This document shows, piece by piece, positions 29,805 through 43,878 of a stretch of DNA of 64,000 nucleotides. Made by a program: the position numbers and the translations under genes. This stretch comes from Eledone cirrhosa. Taxonomy: Eukaryota. The stretch lies in assembly GCA_964016885.1 (NCBI GenBank), contig OZ024746.1:87110001-87174000 (forward strand). The letters are read 5' to 3'. Position 1 is the first letter of the stretch; each line of letters begins with the position of its first letter. A model generated the notes under the pieces. That model was given only the letters and a program-made list of their open reading frames with translations, ran no database searches and was not told the DNA's origin.

Positions 29805-29878
29805 ACAGATTTATTATTTTAGTGTCAGAAGACCCCATTCAAGGTGAAAGCAGCTATTCTCTGCTTAAACTTTAATCT
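29805..29878 (+). ncRNA. Variant hammerhead fold (CAGAAGA core), family X
   Basis: AGTGT-CAGAAGA-CCCC-ATTCA-AGGT-GAAA-GCAG-CTATTCT-CTGC-TT-AAACT; helix III GCAG/CTGC. Confidence 0.5.
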
Positions 29879-29964
29879 TATATATTTGATATATATTTAT
29901 CCTTATCGAGCCCTCTTTGGATTTTATATATATATACATGTGTGTGTGTGTGTATGTGTGTATG

Positions 29965-29998
<34 letters not shown>

Positions 29999-30083
29999 TG
30001 TATGTATGTATGTATGTATGTATGTATGTATGTGTGAGTGTATATGTATGTATATGTATATATGTATGTATGTATGAGTGTGG

Positions 30084-30148
<65 letters not shown>

Positions 30149-30884
30149 TATGTATAGATGGGAGTATAGATGTGTATGTGTGGATATAGATATGTATGGA
30201 TATATGATTATATGTATGCGTGTGGATGTGTATTTAGGTTTGCATCTATTTGCACGTATGTATATTTTGGCTAGATATCAATATAACTGTACCTCTCGAT
30301 ATATATAATGTGGATATATGCACTTTGTAGACTATGAAATTTATGTGTTTTAACTATGCCAACATGTACTTATCTGAGTTTGATTGTTTATGCATAAACA
30401 TACTTAGTAATATTTTAGAGCGTATAATATGTTATATTATACTGAGTGCAATTTACCACACTGTACTATATTGTGTTGGTTAAGTTGTATATTATCGCAT
30501 TACTTTATCTCATTATCTTATTATAATTTTCATCTTTTAATATACTATCTTTCCTAGCCATAACATTAATTTATATTCACCTTAAAACTCAATACAACAC
30601 TAATCACCATTTATTTTGACATTCCTTTTAAATTCACTATACAAGATACATTCAACTATCAGTTTGACAATCCCCTTCTTAAAATATTTTTATGCCATTT
30701 CTACTAACACCCTTCAACCATTCCTTTCAAAGGGTCATGACCTCAACTAAAGTGTATTACTTTTCATCTTAACACAATATGAAAAAAAAGCAATTTGATT
30801 CGTTAGTTCTCCAAAAACCTGCAAATAAGGACATGATACTAACATGCTACTAATTCTGAGTAAAATTATTATTGAATAAAATTA

Positions 30885-31019
30885 TTATTGCTTTTGAAAA
30901 CAGCTGGTGATATGCATGTAAGTATATATTATCTCTATAGTTTGTAAACTTACATAGATCAATAACTGAGTATAGATACAATGTATTATCACCATCTAGA
31001 AACGATCGTAAAGCAGTGA
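30885..31019 (+). ncRNA. Long-helix-II type I hammerhead with U3-A8 core
   Basis: Helix I TTATTGCTT/AAGCAGTGA, core TTGAAAA, helix II TGGTGATA/TATCACCA around a ~75-nt loop, then GAAA-CGATCG-TA. Confidence 0.6.
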
Positions 31020-31614
31020 AGTATATCTCTAATGACTTGATTTTTTATTTCATTGTTTTAACGTTTAACTTTTTGCATACACATATAAACAAAAGTATTT
31101 ATTTCGCGATAAATTATTGATTTTCTTCGAACGGAAAAACAATCTGGTAATGTATGACAAACATTTTTTATAAGCACGACATGTAGACACCAACCCGAGG
31201 CCGAGGTATTCCGTTATTGATATATTCGTGGTATTATTGTTATTGATATATTTGTGTACAGATATTTTTGCATACACAATAACAACATATAAACAAATGT
31301 ATTATTTACTTTACGAGGCTCGGGAAGGATAAATATATATCACATATATAAGAAACCTAGAGCAAATCCCGAGCAACGCCGGGCCATTCTGCTAGTAAGT
31401 GACTAAAATTAAATATGGAACATAGGTGTTTACATATCATATATCGTATCAGGATATGGTCGTACGTTTTTTCATATTATTACCGTTCATGTTGATAGTT
31501 AACTTTGAGTTATGATACATCTGCGCTAAGCAGCCTAATTATGCAATACCTTTACAGTTTGTGAAGATAAGCAATGTGAATCCAATCTTTTATATCTATA
31601 TATATCTATATATA

Positions 31615-32280
<666 letters not shown>

Positions 32281-32316
32281 TATATATGTGTGTGTCCGCA
32301 TGTATCTGTGTGTTTT

Positions 32317-32385
<69 letters not shown>

Positions 32386-32386
<1 letters not shown>

Positions 32387-32598
32387 ACGAAGGACTTGTG
32401 GTAAGGAACCAGATGGACCATAACGCATCAGAGTACTCAATACTTAGGGTAGTAGTGGGGGTAATATGAGAAAGTATGAACCCGACGGCAGAGCTCAAGC
32501 CATTTCGACGCCTACTTCTGGAGTAAAGTGACTTTACTCCAGAAATAGCCGTCGAAACGGCTTGAGAGCTCTGCCGTCGGGGTCATACTTTCTCATAT
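32386..32598. repeat. Family Y copy with near spacer-less palindrome (32464-32598)
   Basis: Two ~65-bp arms inverted about 32529; (TA)n on both sides. Confidence 0.75.
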
Positions 32599-32699
32599 AT
32601 ATATATATAGTAATAATAATAATAAATTTGATGGCTAAAATCCAAAGAGGGCTCGATAAGGATAAATATATATCAAATATATAAGAACGGTACAGCAAA

Positions 32700-32780
<81 letters not shown>

Positions 32781-32830
32781 AATGATTAATAAAACAGGTA
32801 GACATCATAAAAGGGTAATTTATTCCGAGT

Positions 32831-32948
32831 GCTTACATATGCTTCTTTAGTAGTTAAACAGCCTACTCATGCTATGCGCAAATTCGTAGTTATTTATTTG
32901 CTGATACTCAATTTTCAAATGCTGTTCATTCTACTAAGTCTTCAGAGG
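32831..32948 (-). ncRNA. Long-helix-II hammerhead remnant in the left pseudo-LTR
   Basis: CT-CTGAAGA-CTTAGTAG...CTACTAAA-GAAG-CATATG-TA-AG; GAAA is mutated to GAAG. Confidence 0.5.
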
Positions 32949-33036
32949 AAATGGCTAAATTGTAAAATCCCTTGTATTTCTTAAAGGGTGTTATTGGGGG
33001 AAGATAGAGTAGAAAAGGAAGAGAGAAAGAAGGGGA

Positions 33037-33130
<94 letters not shown>

Positions 33131-33629
33131 TGTCGGGGCCGGAGAAATGGGAAAGAGTGGTTTGAAGAATACATATAGCTTAATCTAAATTTTGTGATAG
33201 GAGTCCAACAAGTGGCTTTATTATACTGCTTACTCTCAAAGTGACAACTTAGGCATTGTGTTGCTATTGTCAAGTTTGGAATTATTTATTGCCACAGACA
33301 GCAGGTTAATAGATGTGGAGAAAGGAGGGAGATAGATAGAGGGCGAGTGAGTGAGAGAGAGAGAGAAAGTGAGAGAGAGAGAAGGAGACAGAGAGATAGA
33401 GGGGCCATAAAAAAGCTAAGAGAAGGGGAAGGAAAGGCGATATACAGCGAGTTGGTGGTTGTAGTTTGCTGATCGCACTTAAGTATCCATTTATTACGAT
33501 AAGCAAGGTACTGGCTCGTAGTGTGTGTGTAGGGGGGGGGGGTATAGTTAGGAAGTAGTTATTCAGTGAAATTAGTTAGCGAGAAACTTGTGTAGTAGTC
33601 TCGGATTCATATTATGTTAAGTTAGTTTT

Positions 33630-35535
33630 ATAGTGAGAAAATTTAGTCTTCAGTTTGTGGTTGCAGCATAACGATCGTTCGATTCTGTCATTTAGTAAGT
33701 TGTTTTTAGATTTGAAGATATAAAAGAGTTCAAGGTTGCATAATCTGCAGTACTCCGAAATGCACTAGCGCTGGATAATTTATCCCATTTTATGGTGAAC
33801 TGCCGGTTGTATTCACGGAGTTGCCAGGTCTTATTGGCGAGTGTGGTCACATAACGGTGTTTAGGATGTTTAATCGAAAATCGATGACGATACCAGCGTG
33901 ATTTACAGAGGTAGTGGTAGACCCGACGTAATACCATTTCTGGTCGTTTGATTCGACAGTGCATTGATAAACAATGTTGGACTATAGGAATTTATTCTTC
34001 AATGGGCATCTCTCGGGTAGGTGGAAATTGCAGTTTTTGTTATGGGATAACCGTTCAGGTGGGTTGTGTAATACCAGTCTCCCATTTGGTGGTTGGGAGG
34101 TTGACATTGCGGTACGCCCATCTGTTTCTAAAATATTTTGTTTTGTAGTGTTGTTTAATAATCGCTTTAAGTTAAGTATTTTTATGTATGCTTCTAGGTT
34201 TGGTGCAGTGGAGTATGATAGCTTAACAGTCTTAGAGTTTAGAATTTTACTGTATTTATGGGAATTAGGGAAATACTTGTTAATTAACTTAAAGAATGAA
34301 AGAGATAGTTTCGTACTAATCGAAGCATTAAACATTGGATTATACCAGATATACTTTCTACAACGTAATTTATTTGAGTTTGGTAATGATTTTCTATTAT
34401 TAGTATGTCTGGTGGTACTACGTGTGTGTGTTTGTATTCCGGTACCCCGGTTACATATTCTTCGATTTTGTTTGTTGCTATGTTGGCTCTGGTAATTCTT
34501 ATCAATGTATTCTGTTTTATCCTGGTGGTCTGCATTCCTTAATGCGTTATTATAGTATTCAGCATGTCCACTGAAAATCTGAGAGTTAGACGACAGGCGA
34601 GAGATTCTGAGAGAAATACTACGAGGAACCGATCATGGAAAGTGGGTGATTCGAGTTGTAATTAATATAGGTAAGTTTCTTGTTTAAATTGTGAAAGGGT
34701 CGTATCAGTACTGTATTCAAATTAAGGGTTACGTCTAGAAAATTCACTTCTTTAAGATTGTATTAGTACGTTATTTTCAGACCCAGTTCGCTAAAACATT
34801 TCCTAATGTTTTTCCGTAGCCTTTCAAGATTTTGGTTATTTAAGTTATTAATTAATAGTAGCGCGTCGTCTCTATATATTCCCCCCTGTAGATTATTAAA
34901 ATGTCCATGTACTATGTGGGCTTTGTAAATTCCCACAAGATCCGTGACTCCGCTGAATTATTGGAGCCCATAGTGATGTCGAAGTTAGTGGGTCTATCCT
35001 TACGCTCCCAGTAGCAGTTATCAAACTTGATAATAGTCTTGCTAGACTCTAGAATAATATTAATTTCGTCCTCCGTTATGTCGGAATTGACCTTGGTAAA
35101 CTATAAGGCCTTATGTAAAGTACTGGGTGAGATTGAAGAATAGTATTCGTCTATATCGAATTGTATAAACTTAGACTTGCTCTTGTTATTAACGTTATTA
35201 AACCAGCCAATTGCATCGCTAGTGTTGCCCCATAATTTCATTTCTATTTTCTTTTTTCAATTGAGTTATTACCCTGTCAAGTATATGTTTGCTAATGTTT
35301 CCTATGTCTGATTTACAAGGGCATATAAGTCTAATCTTAGGGTTAGAGTCAACATTTACCTTATGGTCCTTCAGGTTAAAGGTGGTAGTTGCGGGTATAA
35401 TTGACTCGGTCCTATCGTCTATCTTGAGATCTTTCACTATTTCATATGCTTCGTTGTTAATGTTCGTTAGTGTAATTTCACTTGTTTTTCTATATTTCTT
35501 ATGTAGTTCTTTACGCATGAAGACGTTGTATGTAT
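33630..35535 (-). pseudogene. Disrupted PLE ORF: reverse transcriptase plus C-terminal GIY-YIG endonuclease
   Basis: LKDHK..NPKIRLICPCKSDIGNISKHILD; FIQFDIDEYYSSI; FDITMGS; GIYRDDAL; FLDVTLNL; WYNPMFN...KLSYS; CN..PERCPL; IVYQC...YYVGST. Multiple stops and frameshifts. Confidence 0.88.
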
Positions 35536-36180
35536 CGATATCTTGAAATCTAAAAACAATTTATTAATGACAGAATCGAACGATCGTTATACTGCAACCA
35601 CAAACTGAAGGCTAAATGTTCTCACTATAAAACTAACTTAACAGAATGTGAACCCGAGACTACTACACCACTTTCTCGCTAACTAATTTCACTCAATAAC
35701 TACTTCTTAAGCATATCCCGCCCCCACACACACTACGAGCCAGTACCTTGCTTATCGTAATAAATGGATACTTAAGTGCGATCAGCAAACAACAACTACC
35801 AACTCGGTATATATCGCCTTTCCTTCCCCTTTTCTGTCCCCTCTCTCCCCTTCTCTCTCACTCTCTCGTCCTCTATCCATCTCCCTCCTTTCTCCACATC
35901 TATTAACCTGCTCTCTGTGGCAATAAATAATTCCAAACTTGACAATATCAACACAAAGCCTAAGTTGTCAATTTCAGAGTAAGCAGTAAAATAACAAGTT
36001 TTGGACGCCTATCACAACATTTAGATTAAGCTATATGTATTCTTCAAACCACTCTTTCCCATTTCTCCAACCCCTACATATCTCTCTCTCCCTCCCCCCT
36101 TTTTCTCTCTTCCTTTTCTACTCTATCTTCCCCAATAACTCCCTTTAAGAAATTCAAGGGAATTTACAATTTAGCCATTT

Positions 36181-36297
36181 CCTCTGAAGACTTAGTAGAA
36201 TGAACAGCATTTGAAAATTGAGTATCAGCAAATAAATAACTACCAATGTGCACGTAGCATGAATAGGCTGTGTAACTACTAAATAAATATTTGTAAG
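36181..36297 (+). ncRNA. Long-helix-II hammerhead remnant in the right pseudo-LTR
   Basis: CT-CTGAAGA-CTTAGTAG-(77 nt)-CTACTAAA-TAAA-TATTTG-TA-AG; GAAA is mutated to TAAA. Confidence 0.45.
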
Positions 36298-36507
36298 CAC
36301 TCGGAATAAATTACCTATGTATGTTGTCAACCTGTTTTATTAATCATTCTTTATCTACACTCCGGAATACAGAAGAATCGGAAACCAAGTTTCTTTAACT
36401 GTTCTTTCATAACTCGTTGAGTAACCCATCACCGTACGTCGACTCTATCTGGTATAGTAATTAACCATTACTTCATTCAGGATAATCCTAAGCATTTCTT
36501 GCATAAC

Positions 36508-36589
<82 letters not shown>

Positions 36590-36656
36590 TATATACACAT
36601 AGATATATACATACGTATAATATATATATACAATATATATATATATATATACATAC

Positions 36657-37832
<1,176 letters not shown>

Positions 37833-38208
37833 TAGAGAGAGAGATACATATATATATATATATATAATCAGACTCACACGTGCACATACACGATCCCCCG
37901 CACACATAAATCTCATGTTAAAATAATATAGTTATTATCGTGTCTGAAGAATTTGATTCAATTTCCTTGTAAAATTCACGAGAAAATCTTTGTATCAGGG
38001 ATTGCAATGCAACAATAATAATTTAGAAACCAATAAATAAATAAGGGGTAAAATGAATAAATAAACACAAAATAGTATGATCGATAATAATGCTTGTTAT
38101 AATTACATTCCCAACATCCGTATATGTAATTAAATTGGTGACATTTTTTTTACAACACGTGGAATAAATCGAGTTAGATCGTTTCACTTATTTATTACGA
38201 CGTTATTG

Positions 38209-38284
<76 letters not shown>

Positions 38285-38326
38285 TAATAATAATAATAAT
38301 AATAATAATACTACTAATAATAATAA

Positions 38327-38825
38327 TGTGGAACTTTAGCATCCAAACAGACCGAAAAATAAATGCAAATAGACCTGATATAATATTGAAGGACTTTAAA
38401 AAGAGGGTATGCCTGCTAATTGATATGTCTGTTCCAATAGACAAAATGTATCTATAAAAACATTTGAAAAATTGAGCAAGTATAAGGACCTGGAGATAGA
38501 AATTGGAAAAATGTGGAAATTGAGAACTAAAACAATACCAGTGGTTGTAGGCGCTCTGGGAATGATACCTAAGGGGTCTAATGATTACTTATCGCAAATC
38601 CCAGGAAACCCGCGTATAGGAGAAATACAAAAGATAGTACTAATGGGAACTGCCCATATACTAAGGAAGATTCTGTCAATATAAGTACATCACAAGTCTA
38701 AACACTAAAGATGCATGTGTGAGTATGTATGTTCTTTCTTGAACATGGCGGACCTTGTTGTCTCTTGAGGTCACTGGTTGTGACTTGGTGATAACTCGTA
38801 TGAATATAAAGCAAGATAAATGCAA
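38327..38825 (+). mobile_element. R4/Dong-clade LINE 3' end (restriction-like endonuclease) inserted in (TAA)n
   Basis: WNFSIQTDRKINANRPDII...LLIDMSVP / EKLSKYKDLEIEI.KMW...IPVVVGALG...IQKIVLMGTAHILRKIL, with one frameshift. (TAA)n lies on both flanks. Confidence 0.88.
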
Positions 38826-39279
38826 CTATAGTAATGATAATAATAATAATAGGAATAGGGAAGATACGCACATGGTAGATAGGGTATTATGGAATCACTC
38901 CCGTAAGTTTTTGATTTTTTACATATTTAAAACAATTGTGATAGAATAATTCTTATTACAAATGAAACGTAAGATATCAGTCTTAACTCTCAGGAAGTGG
39001 CAGCGCATCATATACGGCATAGGGCTCCAATAACTAATATTTAAGTGAATATTTAATTTTGTACCAGAAATCTTATAGTCAGAAAATAATAACTTCACCA
39101 CCAGCACCACCACCACCGCCGCCACCATCACCATCACCACTACCACAACAAATCTAGCCAAATACAGAGCAGCACCATCCCTATGGCGCTGCAGTCCCAT
39201 CACCACCGCCGCCGCTGCATCGTCGCTGCTGCCACTGTTCGCTCTCTGCTTGAAAGAGGGGTGGTGATGCCGCTACACA

Positions 39280-39819
39280 TGAAGTGGATCACCCTGCCCA
39301 TCACATTATGTCTCCAGCCCTTATAGTGAGTCTGGGCTAGGTGTTTACACTCGGATACAATGTGAGCCACAGTCTCCTCTCTCTCTCCACAGATCCTGCA
39401 CAGTGGGCTAGCCTCCTCCTTGTAAATATGGTGTTTCAACCACTTCGTTTCGAGGCCCTGCTCTTGCGCAGCCATTAGCATTCCTTTTGTAGCCTTTTTA
39501 AGGTCTCTTTTCAACCAGTTCCATGTCTTTGGATCTCTGAATTTAGCTTTCTCAAAGAAGGTACTATGAAGGGATTTTTCATGTAAACTGCTCTTTCTCC
39601 TTGTTGTTATTTCCTCCCTGGACATTCCCTGGTCTATTGTCCTCTCCTTCAGTACAGGTCTGAGCATTGGCTCCTTACTATCAGTCACGTATTTGTGTAG
39701 GTTGTTTTTCTCCATCTGAACACAGTCCTCTATGCTGATAAGACCTCTTCCACCTTCAGATCTCCTTAAGTAGAGTCTATCGACATCACTCCTCTTGTGG
39801 AACATGTTGTAGATAGTCA

Positions 39820-39820
<1 letters not shown>
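39280..39820 (-). mobile_element. R4/Dong-clade LINE fragment (post-RT region with CCHC knuckle)
   Basis: DVDRLYLRRSEGGRGLISIE...AAQEQ...CRICGEREETVAHIVSEC..LAQ..Y..RHN. The 5' end abuts (TAA)n at 39821-39888. Confidence 0.88.
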
Positions 39821-39889
<69 letters not shown>

Positions 39890-41014
39890 CCATTTGTCGT
39901 ATTTCAACTTGCTGAATGCAACATTTTTAGCTAATTGATTTGTGATTTTCTGTTATTTGTTTCGACTTTATTTTACTCTTTATTTAATTATAGTTTACAA
40001 CAATACAAACACATAAAGACACGCACGTGAAGATATATATCTATACATGTATGTATATGCGCATGCAAAAATGTCACATACACGCACAGACATACATAGA
40101 TATACATACGAATACTCAGATACAATCGATGACAATGTTGTATGAATTATTAAGTAGTAGCATTAAATAGACAGAATGCTATTATTTTTATTATCCCTTG
40201 TAGGTTTGTTTGTATAAATGAATAAGATGTTTGTAAGATGGCGAAAAAGAATTGTATTTGTCTTCTTTCTCATCGTTGACATGTATTTTTTGTCATAGAG
40301 AGTGAGAGAAATATCATTCCTTTTCGTTAAATATATATTATAACGTAATCCAGCACAAATCCTTGTTCCATCTGGATTTATATTTGACTGCCAGGAGTCA
40401 TGTTTTTCTTAATTTTGTTTAATATTAGTTCAACCCTGAATGAGCAGTCCTATTCTCGAAGGAGTTCCTATGAGAATATTCATATTTATGAGCCAATATA
40501 TTGTATCTAATTGAGACAACACTAAATAACTACGCAACAAGAAACACATTATTGGTCAATAAATAAAAAGCGACTATACTTTCCAATTTATTCTAGATTT
40601 TGTATAGCGGTAAATTAAGTGTCTGCTATTGTTTCCAAGTTGAAGGTTATATAGAGAACTAATTTGGTTGCTGTGATTCTCAGTATGAACAAAAATGGTG
40701 ATGTGAGAGATGGCGACGCATTCTAGCATGTAACGTTACAACAAGGACCATTCAAAAGAAACCAATTTCGGCTGCATTTGGTCATACCTAGACCATCTCT
40801 TCAGAAAGTACTGAGATTCACGAAAACATCAATTGGAAAAATCAGCTTTGTATATAGCCAGTTATTTTTGAAAAAAAGTAGTGAAAGTAAATTCCACTCG
40901 TCCACGATACATAAAGAACACGTTTTCGCTCCATTGATGTATGATGTTGAGCATCTCCAGTATCTTCCATTTTATGGAGAAATATTTGGATATTCTAAAT
41001 ATAAAATATATTCC

Positions 41015-41640
41015 CTTCTTCTTCTTCTTCTTCTTCTTCTTCTTCTTCTTCTTCTTCTTCTTCTTCTTCTTCCTTCTTCTTCTTCTTCTTCTTCTTCTTC
41101 TTCTTCTTCTTCTTCTTCTTCTTCTTCTTCTTCTTCTTCTTCTTCTTCTTCTTCTTCTTCTTCTTCTTCTTCTTCCAATTATTCATGAGAGGGTCCTGAG
41201 GAATGTCTCCTCAAGTACCTTTTTCAGTGGGTTCTCTCGTAACCAACTGACTCCAATTGATCTGGTTTGATCCTCAATTGAGACAAGCCGAACTCATGAA
41301 ATTTATCGAACCCTCGTGCTCTGCGTCTATCACTGGAGCCCCTACCGGATGATTTAGATCGTAAAATCTGTCCAAAATGTTTTTCCTGAGATATGACCGT
41401 ACTATCGGAGCTGAGACTTTGCAATTCGATGTCACTAGAGACAGCGGCTCTGTCTCTAGTGACTCGCTAATCCCCGAGCTAGGCACTGTATCGAGTAACG
41501 TTACGACAAAGTCCTTTCGAAGGAATTCCATTTCTGTCGCGTGTATTGGAAATCATACTCTTTCTCTCATTAACAATGATTCATGACCATATGTAAGGCA
41601 CGGAATTCAATACGAGTTTTGCTTTTACACCTACTTCTCT
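41015..41640 (-). mobile_element. RTE-clade LINE 3' end with (GAA)n tail
   Basis: CLTYGHESLLMRERV...ATEMEFLRK...TLLD.V.SS.I.ESL..EPL...LSQLRIKPDQL, followed by the (GAA)n tail at 41015-41175. Confidence 0.75.
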
Positions 41641-42572
41641 TCTACGTATTACCGAATGCTGCGTTTGGCGTATTATTGCATGCAAAACTTGACACACGTT
41701 CTTTCAGGGAAGCCTGTACGGTGCACTGTACATGTGTGTGGAGTTCCAATGAAGCACATGGCATACAAACCCCCACACATGAACCTGTCATTTCTATAAA
41801 CGATCTTAGAGAAAGCGGAGAAGATGTTGATACTTAGTAAATAAAATTGATAATTCAGGACACCCCAACATTGTCTGATCTCTTTGTATATTTATTTACG
41901 GGGGTTGGAGACCTAATATTCATCCTAATATTTCAATGATCTTCCTCGGGGAAAACGTGACATCGAACCGTTCCAAATTTGACCATTACACGAACATAGT
42001 TCATCCGTCTTCATCATATGTTTATTAAATCAGAGTGTTCTTTCTAAACAGATAGAAGACCAAGGCTAACGAGATTAAGGCATGTTTCTATATACATTAG
42101 GATGGTCATTGATTCTTTTGATTTTCTCAGACATTTTGATGGGTTTTGTTTTTCATCCTTCACAGCATCTAAAGATTATTATCTTCATGTAGCAAACTTG
42201 AAGGGATTGCCAGTGTAGGCGCGGACGTTCCGACAATGTGAGAAATTTTAATGAATTTTACTGTTACTAGTAGCGAATTAGACGACATAACATAAATCAC
42301 CAACATAAACAAATTGTAACTGTTACATTTCACACTTGAGAATTGCAGTCACTTAATTACGATCGATACAACAACCCTACCGAAGACTATTTGTCTCGCA
42401 GCAAGCTACTATGTGTTATCTTGTTATATATTGCATACACATTTGCTTCTTATTATTTTATTTACTTTGTGAACGCATTTATAAAATTGAATTTTATCTA
42501 ACCCGTATGGTGTTTTGATGTCTTAAAAGTAAATAAACAATAAGAAAAATACATTCCCAAGTGCATCTTCAA

Positions 42573-42649
<77 letters not shown>

Positions 42650-42652
<3 letters not shown>

Positions 42653-43197
42653 TCAGCAAAAACCTCTTTCTTTGAGCTATTTAACTGTATGAGACTATTT
42701 TGAGTTCCTGATATTGTCGGTTCCTTCTTGTAGAGCTAATTTAAATGTCGTGTAAACGCGGCTGCTATTTTTAGCAGGTTCCGAAGACACGCTAGGTTCC
42801 GAAGCCATGTGCGTTATTTCATATTCGCACACTATTCAGCCTTCTGATATACTTAGAAGTGAAGGGATTACTAATTTTTACGCCCATTGAAGAGCAGAAA
42901 ATTGGCGATTTCCTTTGCTAAATAATTTGCGAAACAGCTAAGCTGTCTGGGTGTTTAAGCAGTTGTCCAATATAGGATTGTACTTAATTTTCTTGATTTA
43001 TTACTTTAAATAGACCCTGGCAAACGATATTGTTATAGTTAGTATTTTCTTCTCCCTATTGAACTTCGTCCCTTACAATCGAACACATGTATGTTTATAT
43101 TTGTGTTTATCTCTCTTGTATATTAAATTATATTACACGGCTCAGAAAAACTTCTTCCTTTGAGCTATTTAATTTTATGAGACTATTTTGAATTCCT
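42650..43197. repeat. ~489-bp unit with ~60-bp terminal direct repeat between (TA)n runs
   Basis: GGCTCAG...CTTTGAGCTATTTAA...TATGAGACTATTTTGA at 42650 and at 43139. Confidence 0.7.
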
Positions 43198-43266
43198 AAA
43201 TCAATACCTTATATATATATATATATTAAAATATAAGTATTAATAAAATAGATATTCTTTTGATCA

Positions 43267-43329
43267 ATTACATTTTATTATACATATTTCGGATGTCCAA
43301 CAGTACGTCCTCATCAGACAAAATATAAT
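43267..43329 (-). ncRNA. Type I hammerhead ribozyme, canonical core
   Basis: ATTATATTTTGT-CTGATGA-GGACGT-ACTGTTGG-ACATCC-GAAA-TATGTA-TA-ATAAAATGTAAT. Helix I has 12 bp including 2 G-U pairs; the site is AUA. Confidence 0.8.
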
Positions 43330-43599
43330 GATACATGACATACCCTGAGATATTAAATGGTTAAGATTTAATCAAGGTAGTGATTATCCGATAGAAAATT
43401 TTGCTTATATACTATCTGTGTGAGAGTGCGAAAACGTAATGAATTCATTAGAGAATGTGTGAGTAAGAAAAAACGTTGATTACTTAAGGTGTTCTAAAAT
43501 TTTATATTGTATGATACGATAATATCTAGGGAAACGTCTCGTGAATCATAACAGCCAGTGATAGCCACTGGAAAAAGATTTATAAGGAGGGAAAGATAA

Positions 43600-43631
<32 letters not shown>

Positions 43632-43799
43632 GGGGTCGAAAGTTAAACGGTTAGAATTTGGAAATATCTAATTTATAATATTAATGTGAAGACTCCAGAT
43701 TTCAGGATTATTTGCTATTAAATTCTGAGAATAACATTTAAAATCTACTGTAAAACTCATTCTTTGACATAATCATCGAATATTGTTTAACAACTAATA

Positions 43800-43876
<77 letters not shown>

Positions 43877-43878
<2 letters not shown>

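Larger units (their letters stand above)
29392..31395 (+). mobile_element. Non-autonomous Helitron with nested PLE-derived inserts
   Basis: 5' A|TCTATATTACTAAAA followed by GTCTGT repeats; 3' hairpin CCCGAGCAACGCCGGG (31368-31383) then CTAG|T (31392-31396). Pairing of the two ends is inferred. Confidence 0.65.
32775..36510 (-). mobile_element. Penelope-like retroelement, 5'-truncated, with inverted pseudo-LTRs
   Basis: 32775-33720 is an inverted, diverged copy of 35539-36354. An RT + GIY-YIG ORF relic lies between them, and both ends are in (TA)n. Confidence 0.9.

Noticed and set aside
32533-32566. Hammerhead in family Y (CTC-CAGAAAT...GAAA-CGGC-TT-GAG)
   Set aside because: The core lacks G8/A9 and helices II and III do not form; a simple AGCCGT/ACGGCT hairpin explains it better.
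41377-41837. Plus-strand ORFs as host exons
   Set aside because: They are largely antisense to an RTE LINE 3' end and have no recognisable product.
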